Positions 9,170 to 18,935 of a stretch of DNA of 64,000 nt are shown one piece after another. Source of the DNA: an uncultured Pseudomonas sp. (GTDB lineage Bacteria > Pseudomonadota > Gammaproteobacteria > Pseudomonadales > Pseudomonadaceae). Below the pieces are notes generated by a model. It did not search any database, had not been told where the DNA came from, and saw only the letters and a list, made by a program, of their open reading frames with translations. Position 1 is the stretch's first letter. Every line of letters starts with the position of its first letter. Where the stretch lies: positions 26,787 to 90,786 of the forward strand of contig NZ_CAJYDW010000008.1 in assembly GCF_913774235.1 (NCBI RefSeq), written 5' to 3'. A program made the translations under genes and the position numbers.

Positions 9170-9222
9170 GTGGAGGCGATTTCGTTCTCGGCTTGTGCTT
9201 TTCCTCAATAGCAGCTTCCGCA

Positions 9223-10000
9223 CTAGGCACGCCGCGGCAGCACATAGCCCAACAGGAACATCCCGGCCGCGGCTACCACCACCGAGGGGCCGGCCGGGGT
9301 GTCCTGGTACCAGGACAGCGTCAGGCCCAGGCACACCGCGGCCATGCCCAGCAGGCTGGCGCCACAGGCCATCTGCTCCGGGCTGCGGGCGTGGCGCTGG
9401 GCGGTGGCGGCGGGGATGATCAGCAGCGAGGTGATCAGCAGCACCCCGACGATCTTCATGGCCACGGCGATGACGATGGCCACCAGCAGCATCAGCGCCA
9501 GGCGGATCCAGGTCACTGGCAGGCCTTCGACCTGGGCCAGCTCCTCGTGCACGGTGATGGCCAGCAGCGGCCGCCACAGCCAGGCCAGGGCCGCCAGCAC
9601 CAGGGCGCTACCGCCGAGGATCCAGCGCAGATCGCTGGGGCCGACCGCGAGCAGATCGCCGAACAGATAGCTCATCAGGTCGATCCGCACCTCGTGCATG
9701 AACGACAGCGCTACCAAGCCCAGTGACAGGGTGCTGTGGGCGAGGATGCCCAGCAGGGTGTCGGCGGCCAGTCCCCGGCGGCGCTGTAGCACCACCAGCA
9801 GCACGGCCAGCGCCAGGCAGCCGACGGTGACGGTCAGGGTCGGGCTGACATCGAGCAGGAAGCCCAGCGCCACGCCGAGCAGGGCGGCGTGGGACAGGGT
9901 GTCGCCGAAATAGGCCATGCGCCGCCAGACCACGAAGGAGCCGAGGGGACCGGCGACGAGGGCGAGGGCGAGACCGGCGAGCAGGGCATACAGCAGGAAA

Positions 10001-10008
<8 letters not shown>
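9223..10008 (-). CDS. znuB: Zinc ABC transporter permease ZnuB
   Basis: [49 protein letters not shown]... The start at rc-ATG 10006-10008 overlaps the znuC stop by 8 nt. The track ORF extends to 10032. Confidence 0.9.
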
Positions 10009-10767
<759 letters not shown>

Positions 10768-10771
<4 letters not shown>

Positions 10772-11253
10772 GCCTGCTTCCGGCAGGCGGCGCACTGACC
10801 GACCACTTCCACGGTCTGGCCTTCCACCTGGAAGCCCACGGCACTGGCGCCGTCGAGGATGGCCTGGTGCACGGCCGGTTGCTCCAGCTCGATGCTCACC
10901 TGGCAACTGCGGCAGATCAGGAATTGGCCCTGGTGGGCCTCGCCGGGATGGTTGCAACCCACGAAGGCGTTGAGCGAGGCGATGCGGTGCACCAGACCGT
11001 TCTCGACCAAGAAATCCAACGCCCGATAGACGGTGGGCGGCGCCGCGCGGCGGCCGTCCTGTTCGCTGAGCACCGCCAGGATGTCGTAGGCACCGAGCGG
11101 CTTGTGGCTCTGCCAGACCAGTTCCAGCACCCGCTTGCGCAGGTCGGTGAGGCGCACGCCGGCGCGACTGCAGAGGTGATCCGCCTCGGCCAGCGCGTGG
11201 GCGACGCAGCGGGAATGATCGTGGGGCCGAAAGGCCAGGGGAGCATCGGACAT
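10768..11253 (-). CDS. zur: Fur-family zinc uptake regulator Zur
   Basis: 161 aa. [30 protein letters not shown]...[18 protein letters not shown] plus CxxC pairs (CRSC, CAAC). First gene of the zur-znuC-znuB operon, divergent from znuA. Confidence 0.9.
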
Positions 11254-11278
11254 GGAGCGGTACCTTGGAAGCCAGGAC

Positions 11279-11293
11279 GTTATTATATTGCAC
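11279..11293. promoter_or_regulatory. Putative Zur box in the zur/znuA divergent promoter
   Basis: GTTATTATATTGCAC is an AT-rich near-match to the GTTATA-n-TATAAC core of gammaproteobacterial Zur boxes. It is the only AT-rich patch in this 65-nt spacer. Confidence 0.45.
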
Positions 11294-11318
11294 CTCTCTT
11301 AAGAATCGGGATTTTCAC

Positions 11319-12293
11319 GTGCCGCGCCTCCTACCCCTCGTCGCCTCCCTGTTGCTCACCTGCACCCTGCTGCCCGCCCAGGCCGAGGTGAAGGTACTGA
11401 CCAGCATCAAGCCCCTGCAACTGATCGCCGCGGCCATCCAGGACGGTGCCGGCCAGCCTGCCGTCCTCTTGCCGCCGGGCGCCTCGCCGCACCACTACGC
11501 CCTGCGCCCCTCTGACCTGCGCCAGGTGCGCGAAGCCAATCTCGTCTATTGGATCGGTCCGGATCTGGAGACCTTCCTGCCGGCCGTGCTCAAGGAGCGC
11601 CAGGGCCCCAGCGTGGCCATTCAGGACCTGCCGGGCCTGCACCTGCGGCGCTTCGGCGAGGAGCATGCGGACGCCCATGACGACGATCACGGCGAAGAGC
11701 ACGATCATGCGCACGGTGATGACCAGGGCAGCGAGCCCGAATACGCCCACGACCACGATCATCGTCCGGGCAGCCTGGACGCCCACCTCTGGCTGAGCCC
11801 GGCCAACGCCCGGGTAATCGCCACCCGCCTGGCTGCCGACCTGAGCCAGGCCGATCCGGCCAACGCCAGTCGCTACGCCAGCAACCTCAAGGCTTTCGAA
11901 AGTGGACTGGACGCCAAGGACCAGGCCCTGCGCGCCCAACTGGCACCCCTGGCCGGCAAGCCCTACTTCGTCTTCCACGAGGCCTTCGATTATTTCGAGG
12001 AAGCCTATGGCCTGGGCCATCGCGGCGTCTTCGCCTTGGGTGCCGACGTCCAGCCCGGGGCGCGCCACGTGGCGGCCATGCGTGACGAACTCAAGGCTGC
12101 CGGACCCACCTGCGTCTTCACCGAGCCGCCGCTGCAACCGAAGATCGCCACCACCCTGAGCAGCGGCCTGCCGGTGACCCTGGTGGAGCTGGACCCGCTG
12201 GGTGCGCGCATCCCGGCCAACGCCGGCGGCTATGCCCAGCTCCTGCAGAACGTGGCCGACAGCCTCGGTGGCTGCCTGGGCAAGCTGCCTTGA
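11319..12293 (+). CDS. znuA: Periplasmic zinc-binding protein ZnuA
   Basis: A GTG start gives the signal peptide VPRLLPLVASLLLTCTLLPAQA. Other features are KVLTSIKPLQLIAAAIQDG...LLPPGASPHHYALRPSD and a His/Asp-rich loop EEHADAHDDDHGEEHDHAHGDD. The track start (TTG 11265) would place the Zur box inside the gene. Confidence 0.88.
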   Translation: MPRLLPLVASLLLTCTLLPAQAEVKVLTSIKPLQLIAAAIQDGAGQPAVLLPPGASPHHYALRPSDLRQVREANLVYWIGPDLETFLPAVLKERQGPSVAIQDLPGLHLRRFGEEHADAHDDDHGEEHDHAHGDDQGSEPEYAHDHDHRPGSLDAHLWLSPANARVIATRLAADLSQADPANASRYASNLKAFESGLDAKDQALRAQLAPLAGKPYFVFHEAFDYFEEAYGLGHRGVFALGADVQPGARHVAAMRDELKAAGPTCVFTEPPLQPKIATTLSSGLPVTLVELDPLGARIPANAGGYAQLLQNVADSLGGCLGKLP

Positions 12294-12356
12294 AACGCCC
12301 TGGGCGACGGATCGACTAAACCCGCCTTTTCGTCGCCTTCGCGCCACTTCGCCGCC

Positions 12357-12395
12357 GTTCAGCTAGCGTTCAGGACGAGTTCAGGGAGCGTTCAG
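12357..12395 (+). promoter_or_regulatory. Array of four in-phase PhoP half-sites (two tandem PhoP boxes)
   Basis: GTTCAG occurs at 12357, 12368, 12379 and 12390, each separated by 5 nt (11-bp period). This matches the GTTCAG-N5-GTTCAG PhoP box described for the P. aeruginosa oprH-phoPQ promoter. A TAATCT -10 candidate sits at 12407-12412. Confidence 0.7.
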
Positions 12396-12419
12396 GGCCA
12401 TTGGCCTAATCTGCAACTG

Positions 12420-12639
12420 TCAGATCAGCAACGCCGAGGTCGCCCGGATATGTTCACCCTAGCGCAGCTCCCGCTAAGGCAGATCGTCCGGACACTTCGA
12501 CCCGACCTGGCGATGTTCATCCTTGTAACTCCATTGCAGGGTCACCAAGTCAGCTCTGGTCCCCTGTAGCCGTCCCCCAACGGCAGTTTCCGATCCCCAT
12601 GAAGTGCTCCTTACCTCTCCAACTGGAGAGGTTTTTTTT
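12420..12639 (+). ncRNA. Candidate PhoP-dependent small RNA or attenuating leader (~220 nt) upstream of phoP
   Basis: Bounded by the PhoP-box promoter on the left and an intrinsic terminator on the right. I found no credible ORF in any + frame. The call is purely structural and has no known homologue. Confidence 0.35.
12614..12639 (+). terminator. Rho-independent terminator
   Basis: CCTCTCC-aact-GGAGAGG followed by T8. Orientation is + only, since the other side lacks a T-tract. It lies 320 nt past the znuA stop and 157 nt before the phoP start. Confidence 0.75.
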
Positions 12640-12795
12640 GCCTGGAATAAAGTGAGTGACCCCATCCATGCATTCCCCGCTCTCGCCGTCCGCCCGCCTC
12701 AGGCGCCATAATTGGTACCCGGGCGCTACTGCGCGAAGCGTGAGCTACATGCGGTCGCAGCCACAGAGAGTCTCGTTAGCTGTTCAGGAGTCTGC

Positions 12796-13473
12796 ATGAA
12801 GATCCTCGTCGTCGAAGACGAAAACCTGCTGCGCCACCACCTCAAGGTGCGTCTGGGTGAAGCCGGTCATGTCGTCAATGCCGTGGCCGATGCGGAGGAA
12901 GCGCTCTACAGCGCCCGCGAATTCCATCATGACCTCGCCATCATCGACCTGGGTCTGCCGGGCATGAGCGGGCTCGATCTGATCCGCCAGCTGCGCAACC
13001 AGGGCGCCACCCTGCCGATCCTCATCCTCACCGCCCGCGGCAGCTGGCAGGACAAGGTCGAGGGTCTCGGTGCCGGTGCGGACGACTACGTGGTCAAGCC
13101 CTTCCAGTTCGAAGAGCTGGAGGCGCGTCTCAACGTACTGCTGCGCCGTTCGGCGGGCTTCGTCCAGCCCAGCATTCGCGCCGGTTCGCTCAAGCTGGAC
13201 CTGGGTCGCCAGCAGGCCTTCAACGAAGAACAGCCGCTGCAGCTTACCGCCTACGAGTACCGCCTGCTGGAATACCTGATGCGCAATCACCAGCAGGTAA
13301 TCACCAAGGAGCGGCTCATGGAGCAGCTCTACGACGATGACGGCGAGCACGACAGCAACGTCATCGAGGTATTGGTGGGCCGCCTGCGGCGCAAGCTGGA
13401 GGCCAGCTGCCAGATGCAACCCATCGAAACGGTCCGGGGCCGCGGCTACCTGTTCACCGAGCGCTGTCAGTGA
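12796..13473 (+). CDS. phoP: OmpR-family response regulator PhoP
   Basis: 225 aa from ATG 12796, preceded by AGGAG. MKILVVEDENLLRHHLKVRLGEAGHVVNAV...DLGLPGMSGLDLIRQLR...ILTARGSWQDKVEGLGAGADDYVVKPFQFEELEARL... is near-colinear with P. aeruginosa and E. coli PhoP. Confidence 0.9.
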   Translation: MKILVVEDENLLRHHLKVRLGEAGHVVNAVADAEEALYSAREFHHDLAIIDLGLPGMSGLDLIRQLRNQGATLPILILTARGSWQDKVEGLGAGADDYVVKPFQFEELEARLNVLLRRSAGFVQPSIRAGSLKLDLGRQQAFNEEQPLQLTAYEYRLLEYLMRNHQQVITKERLMEQLYDDDGEHDSNVIEVLVGRLRRKLEASCQMQPIETVRGRGYLFTERCQ

Positions 13474-14864
13474 TCCGTTCCTTTCGCGTGCGGTTGCTGC
13501 TCAGCGCGGCGCTGCTGGTGATCGTCTGCCTGGCGTTGATCGTGCCGGCGATCCGCAATGCCTTCGATCGCACCGTGGAGAACTTCGTCGCCGCGCGCCT
13601 GGAAGCCAACGCCAACACCCTGATCGGTGCGGCCCGGGCCATCGACGGCCGCCTGGCGATGCCGGAGATGATCGCCGAGGAGGTCTTCGATCGACCCGGT
13701 TCGCCGATCCTCGGCTATGTCTACGATCAGAACGGCCGCCTGCTCTGGCGCTCGCGCTCGGCGATCAAGGAGCGCCCCAATTACAAGCCCACCTTCGACG
13801 GCGGCGGCGTCAAGCTGGTCAAGGCCACCGATGACAAGGGACAGGGCTTCTTTGTCTTCGACCGCGAGGTGCTGCTGGGCAATCCGCCGGTGGCGGGCTT
13901 CAGCGTGGTCACCATGCAGCCGGCCGAGGAATACGAGCGGTTGCGCGCCACCTTCCTGCACCAGGTGATCCTCTGGCTGGTAGGGGTGCTGGGCGCCCTG
14001 TTGCTGCTGCTGGCGCTGGTCATGCAATGGAGCCTGCGCCCCCTGCGGCGCCTCAGCCAGCAACTCGACGCGGTGGAAACCGACCAGCGCGACCTGCTCG
14101 ACGAGAAGAACGTACCCAGTGAGATCAGCCGCCTGATCCGCTCGCTCAACCGGCTGCTCGACCACGAGCGCCTGCAGCGCGAGCGCTACCGGGACACGCT
14201 CGGTGACCTGGCCCACAGTCTGAAGACGCCCCTGGCGGTGTTGCAGGGGGTGACCGAGGAGTTGCGTCGGCGACCGCAGCTGGACCAGGAGGTCGGCACC
14301 CTGCAGACCCAGATCGAGCGCATGAACCAGCAGGTGATGTACCAGCTGCAGCGGGCCACCCGCCAGGGCGGCGCGGTGCTCAGTCGGCCGCTGGAGCTGG
14401 CGCCGCTGCTGGAATCGCTGTTCAGCACCCTGGACAAGGTCTATGCCGAGAAGCGCGTCCAGGCCGAGCTTGAGCTGCCGCCCAACCTGCGCGTCCAGGC
14501 CGAGGAAGCGGCCATGCTCGAGGTGTTCGGCAACCTGCTGGAGAACGCCTATCGCCTCTGCCTGACCCAGGTGCGGGTCAGCGCCCGGCGCCACACCGAG
14601 CACTGGATCCTCGACATCGAGGACGATGGCCCGGGCATCCCGGCCGAACGCCGCGAAAGCGTGCTGCGCCGCGGCATGCGTATGGACAGTCGGCACCCCG
14701 GACAGGGCATCGGCCTCGCCGTGGTGCAGGACATCCTCGAAGGTTACCGCAGCAGTCTGACCATCGACGAATCGAGCCTGGGCGGGGCGCGCTTCCGCTT
14801 CCGCCTGCCCGCCGCCATTTCCCCGGAGCGGCCTTCCTTGGTGCACAATGGCGCCAGGACGTGA
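13470..14864 (+). CDS. phoQ: Sensor histidine kinase PhoQ
   Basis: 464 aa. Its start overlaps the phoP stop by 4 nt. It has two TM segments flanking a periplasmic domain, the H-box LGDLAHSLKTPLAVL, and N/G boxes (NLLENAYR, DDGPGIP, GQGIGLAVV). Confidence 0.9.
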   Translation: MIRSFRVRLLLSAALLVIVCLALIVPAIRNAFDRTVENFVAARLEANANTLIGAARAIDGRLAMPEMIAEEVFDRPGSPILGYVYDQNGRLLWRSRSAIKERPNYKPTFDGGGVKLVKATDDKGQGFFVFDREVLLGNPPVAGFSVVTMQPAEEYERLRATFLHQVILWLVGVLGALLLLLALVMQWSLRPLRRLSQQLDAVETDQRDLLDEKNVPSEISRLIRSLNRLLDHERLQRERYRDTLGDLAHSLKTPLAVLQGVTEELRRRPQLDQEVGTLQTQIERMNQQVMYQLQRATRQGGAVLSRPLELAPLLESLFSTLDKVYAEKRVQAELELPPNLRVQAEEAAMLEVFGNLLENAYRLCLTQVRVSARRHTEHWILDIEDDGPGIPAERRESVLRRGMRMDSRHPGQGIGLAVVQDILEGYRSSLTIDESSLGGARFRFRLPAAISPERPSLVHNGART

Positions 14865-14925
14865 CCCATGGGTCATGACTGGCGTCTGCTCCCGATAGTG
14901 AAATTTTGTCTGTAAGGACCCCGGC

Positions 14926-15378
14926 ATGAGCCGCGACTGCCGTCACCTCGAATCCCTGCTGCACCACGATATTCCCATCACCAAGGCCCTGGGCCTGGAA
15001 GTCCGCGACTGGAGCGAGCATCGCCTGCAGCTGCACGCGCCGCTGGACGCCAACATCAACCATGCCAGCACCATGTTCGGCGGCAGCCTCTACTGCGTCG
15101 CCGTACTGGCTGGCTGGGGCTGGCTGTACCTGAGATTGCGCGAGGCGGGCATCGAGGAAGGGCACATCCTCATCCAGGAAGGCCAGATCAGCTATCCGCG
15201 ACCAATCACCGCCGACGCCCTGGCCTATGGCGAGCCGGCCGAGGAACGCGCCTGGGAGCGCTTCGAGACCACCTTCCGCCGTCGCGGTCGGGCGCGCATC
15301 ACCCTGCAATCGCGTATCGTCACCGAGAGTGGCGAGGATGGCGTACGCTTCAGTGGCCAGTACGTGCTGCACCGTTGA
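14926..15378 (+). CDS. YiiD C-terminal-domain (hotdog-fold) putative thioesterase
   Basis: 150 aa. HHDIPITKALGLEVRDWSEHRLQLHAPLDANINHASTMFGGSLYCVAVLAGWG is the typical YiiD_C pattern. Confidence 0.6.
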   Translation: MSRDCRHLESLLHHDIPITKALGLEVRDWSEHRLQLHAPLDANINHASTMFGGSLYCVAVLAGWGWLYLRLREAGIEEGHILIQEGQISYPRPITADALAYGEPAEERAWERFETTFRRRGRARITLQSRIVTESGEDGVRFSGQYVLHR

Positions 15379-15394
15379 AAGCGGCCGCGGCATG

Positions 15395-15424
15395 AAAAAG
15401 GGCGACCCCGGGGTCGCCCTTTTT
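15395..15424. terminator. Bidirectional intrinsic terminator
   Basis: AAAAAGGGCGACC-ccgg-GGTCGCCCTTTTT. It is part of a perfect 38-nt palindrome (15391-15428) between convergent genes. Confidence 0.85.
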
Positions 15425-15440
15425 CATGCCGGCAGATTCG

Positions 15441-17183
15441 CTAGCCGTGGGAGTGGGACTCGGCGGGCGCCTGCTGGGCGGTGTCGGTCTTGGGCAGGTT
15501 GTCCGGCGGCACGGCCAGGGCGCGCAGCGCACCGGACATGATCTCGCTGAAGGTCGGCGCCGAGACCAGGCCGCCGAAGTAGCCTTCCTTGGTCGGCGTA
15601 TCCAGCATCACCGCCAGCACCAGCTTGGGATCGGCCGCCGGCGCCATGCCGACGAACAGCGAGCGATAGGCGTGCTCGGTGTAGCTGCCGGCCCCGGCCT
15701 TGCGCGCGGTACCGGACTTGCCCGCCACGTGGTAGCCGGGCACCCGGGCGCGGATCACGCCGCCGTCGTCTTCCACCACATGGTTGAGCATGGCGCGGAT
15801 ACGCCGGGCGATGGTCGGGTCCATGGCCTGGATGCTCTGCTGTTTCTGGTCCTTGAGCAGGGTCAGGGGGGTGAGCTTGCCGTCGTTGGCGATCACCGAG
15901 TAGGCCTGGGCTAGCTCGGCGACGTTGACCGCCAGGCTGTAGCCGAAGGACATACTGGCGGTGGCGATCTGCGACCACTTGGTATGGCCGGGCAGATAAC
16001 CGGCGTTCTCGCCGGGGAAGCCCAGTTCCATGGGGTTGCCGAAGCCGACGCGGCTGAGCTGCTCGTAGATCGGCAGCGGGCCGATCTGCAGGGCCACCTT
16101 GCTCATGCCGATGTTGGAGGAGTTGAGCAGCACCCCGGTCATGGTCAGGATGCCGCGCTTGGCCACGTCGTGGATGGTATGGCCGTCGATGGTCATCCAG
16201 CCGGGCGCCACGTCCACGGTGCTGTTCTCGTTGAACTTGCCCGAGGCCAGGGCCACCGACATGCTGAACGGCTTGATCACCGAACCGGGCTCGAAGGCGT
16301 CGGTCAGGGTGCGGTTGCGCATGTTGGGGATCTGCAGCGTCGCCCGGTTGTTGGGGTTGTAGGAGGGGAAGTTGGTCATCGCCAGGATCTGCCCGGTCTT
16401 GGGATCGACCAGCACGGCGGAGCCGGACTGGGCGCCGAACTTCTCCACCGCTGACTGCAGCGCCCGATAGGCGATGAACTGCAGGCGCAGGTCGATGGAC
16501 AGCGCCACGTCCTTGCTCGGCTGCGGCTGGCGCACCACGCGCAGGTTCTTCACCACCGAGCCGCGCGGGTTGATCAGCACCTCGCGCACGCCGCCGCGGC
16601 CGGCCAGCCAGTCTTCGAAGCCCAGCTCCAGGCCCTCCTGGCCATGGCCGTCGATGTTGACCATGCCGATCACCTGGGCCACCAGGTCGGAACTGGGGTA
16701 GTAGCGCTTGTACTCCTTGATCTGGCGCACGCCGGGCACGCCCAGGGCCATGATGTTCTCGCCGTCGATGGGCGACAGGGCACGGGCCAGGTAGAGGAAG
16801 TGCTTTTCCGGGTGGCCGAGGATGAGGTTGCGCAGTTCGGCTTCGGGCTTGTGGATGGCCTGGGCCAGACGGCCCAGCTGGTCGGCGCTGTCTTGCATCT
16901 CCGCCGGGTTGCACCAGATGGTCACCACCTCGGTGGAGACCGCCAGGGGTGCGCCGTTGCGGTCGGTGATCATGCCGCGGGTGACCGGGATGGGAATGTG
17001 GCGCACCGAGCGGCGGTCGCCCTGGTCACCAAGGAATTCGGCGTCGAACAACTTGAGGTAGGTGATGCGCCCGGCGACCACGCAGGTCAGCAGGACCAGC
17101 ACGATGACCACGACATAGAAGCGATAGCGGGGTGCGGCCGTCATGGCGGCTCCTGCGCGAGAGGAAGGCTTGGGCATGGTCAC
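15441..17183 (-). CDS. Class B penicillin-binding protein, FtsI/PBP3 paralogue located outside any dcw cluster
   Basis: 580 aa (the start could be the downstream MTAAPRY). It has an N-terminal TM anchor, a PBP dimerisation region, and transpeptidase motifs STIKP-like (SVIKPF), SSN (NSSNIG) and KSGT (GKSGTA). Confidence 0.88.
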   Translation of the reverse strand: MTMPKPSSRAGAAMTAAPRYRFYVVVIVLVLLTCVVAGRITYLKLFDAEFLGDQGDRRSVRHIPIPVTRGMITDRNGAPLAVSTEVVTIWCNPAEMQDSADQLGRLAQAIHKPEAELRNLILGHPEKHFLYLARALSPIDGENIMALGVPGVRQIKEYKRYYPSSDLVAQVIGMVNIDGHGQEGLELGFEDWLAGRGGVREVLINPRGSVVKNLRVVRQPQPSKDVALSIDLRLQFIAYRALQSAVEKFGAQSGSAVLVDPKTGQILAMTNFPSYNPNNRATLQIPNMRNRTLTDAFEPGSVIKPFSMSVALASGKFNENSTVDVAPGWMTIDGHTIHDVAKRGILTMTGVLLNSSNIGMSKVALQIGPLPIYEQLSRVGFGNPMELGFPGENAGYLPGHTKWSQIATASMSFGYSLAVNVAELAQAYSVIANDGKLTPLTLLKDQKQQSIQAMDPTIARRIRAMLNHVVEDDGGVIRARVPGYHVAGKSGTARKAGAGSYTEHAYRSLFVGMAPAADPKLVLAVMLDTPTKEGYFGGLVSAPTFSEIMSGALRALAVPPDNLPKTDTAQQAPAESHSHG

Positions 17184-17274
17184 AACTGGTTACAACCATT
17201 CGGAAGCGCGCATGGTAACTGCTCCGGCCATCGCCCGGAAACCGCTCGGCGACATGGCGCGTTACACTGCGCAC

Positions 17275-17589
17275 ATGAGCGACATCCCCCTGCACGATCT
17301 CACAACTCCCGCCGTGACCTGCGACAGCTGCCAGGCCTGGTGCTGCCGCCAGGAGGTGCTGCTGTTCGACGATGCCGGCGTGCCTGCCCGCTACATCGAG
17401 GAAGACTGGACCGGTACCCGCATGAAGCGCCTCGACGACGGCTGGTGCGCGGCCCTGGATCGCGAGCAGATGAATTGCAGCATCTACGAGGTACGCCCCT
17501 GGGTCTGCCGGATCTTCGACATGGCCGGCCCAGAATGCCTGGAAGAGCGGGCCGATATGGCGCGGGCGATGGAAACCGGTGAGTTTTGA
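17275..17589 (+). CDS. YkgJ-family (UPF0153) Cys-cluster zinc/iron-chelating protein
   Basis: MSDIPLHDLTTPAVTCDSCQAWCCRQ...GWCAALD...CSIYEVRPWVCRIF carries the CxxCxxCC signature. The track ORF 17143.. adds an implausible N-terminal extension that overlaps the PBP gene start. Confidence 0.7.
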   Translation: MSDIPLHDLTTPAVTCDSCQAWCCRQEVLLFDDAGVPARYIEEDWTGTRMKRLDDGWCAALDREQMNCSIYEVRPWVCRIFDMAGPECLEERADMARAMETGEF

Positions 17590-17626
17590 GCGATCCGCTT
17601 GAAAGGCTAAGACACCTGGATGTCCT

Positions 17627-17763
17627 ATCGCGGCCATGGGCCGCTCCTACAGGGGTGATGCTTTTGTAGGAGCGGTCGCTACGGCGCACCGGCATGGCCG
17701 CGATCAGCACAGCACCTGAATCTCATAGGAGCGGCCGCATCGGCTGATCGCCATGGCCACGAT
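17627..17763. repeat. Cluster of three REP units between the convergent ykgJ-like genes
   Basis: ATCGCGGCCATGGGCCGCTCCTACA (17627-17651), then two inverted, longer variants TGTAGGAGCGG...CATGGCCGCGAT (17665-17704) and CATAGGAGCGG...CATGGCCACGAT (17724-17763). Confidence 0.85.
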
Positions 17764-17769
17764 CAGGGC

Positions 17770-18174
17770 CTAGCGCAGCTTCTGCGGCTTGTAGGCGCAA
17801 TACCCCGGCCGCGGTCCCACCCTGGGATGGTTGCGGCAGGTTTCCGGGCGCTGGTCGTAAATGGTGCACAGCCGGGTCTTCGGGTGCAGATAGAGGCAGT
17901 CGTTGTTGGACAGCCGTACCAGGGTGAACAGCCCGGTCTTGGCGTTGAGGCGCTCGACGATGCCGTCCTTCTTTAGCCGCTTGGCAATGTCCTTGAGCGG
18001 CTCGCCCTTCTCGAACTCGTCCACCACGCCCATGCGGATCAGGTCGGACAGCCGTGCTTCCACCGGCAGGGTGCAGCAACTGGAGACGCAGTCCAGACAC
18101 ATGGCCTTGTCGTAGCGGATCCAGGTTTCGGTGCGATCGAGATCCGCTCCGAGAATGCGCAGTACTTGGGCCAT
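17770..18174 (-). CDS. YkgJ-family (UPF0153) Cys-cluster protein, second copy
   Basis: 134 aa. CLDCVSSCC plus CLYLHPKTRLCTIYDQRPETCRNHP. It starts 3 nt after the xpt stop, so it is probably co-transcribed. Confidence 0.7.
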   Translation of the reverse strand: MAQVLRILGADLDRTETWIRYDKAMCLDCVSSCCTLPVEARLSDLIRMGVVDEFEKGEPLKDIAKRLKKDGIVERLNAKTGLFTLVRLSNNDCLYLHPKTRLCTIYDQRPETCRNHPRVGPRPGYCAYKPQKLR

Positions 18175-18177
18175 GAT

Positions 18178-18762
<585 letters not shown>

Positions 18763-18935
18763 TTAACGGCAAAGCCCGGTCCTGGCAGGCGGGACCGGGT
18801 CGAGGGAAACGGGAAGGGCGGCGATTGTGCCCTATCCATCAAGAAAGTCGTTAGTTTGCCGACAAATCGTCCTATAGGCACCCGCAGCGGGCAGCCGGCG
18901 ATGTTCAGGCGTAATGAACACAGGAGCGGTCGGTC

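Noticed and set aside
12450-12569. 39-codon ATG ORF (MFTLAQLPLRQIVRTLRPDLAMFILVTPLQGHQVSSGPL) inside the PhoP-controlled transcript
   Set aside because: The Shine-Dalgarno is weak and distant, and there is no hydrophobic or otherwise recognisable small-protein character. I cannot exclude it, but it is not supportable as a gene from sequence alone.
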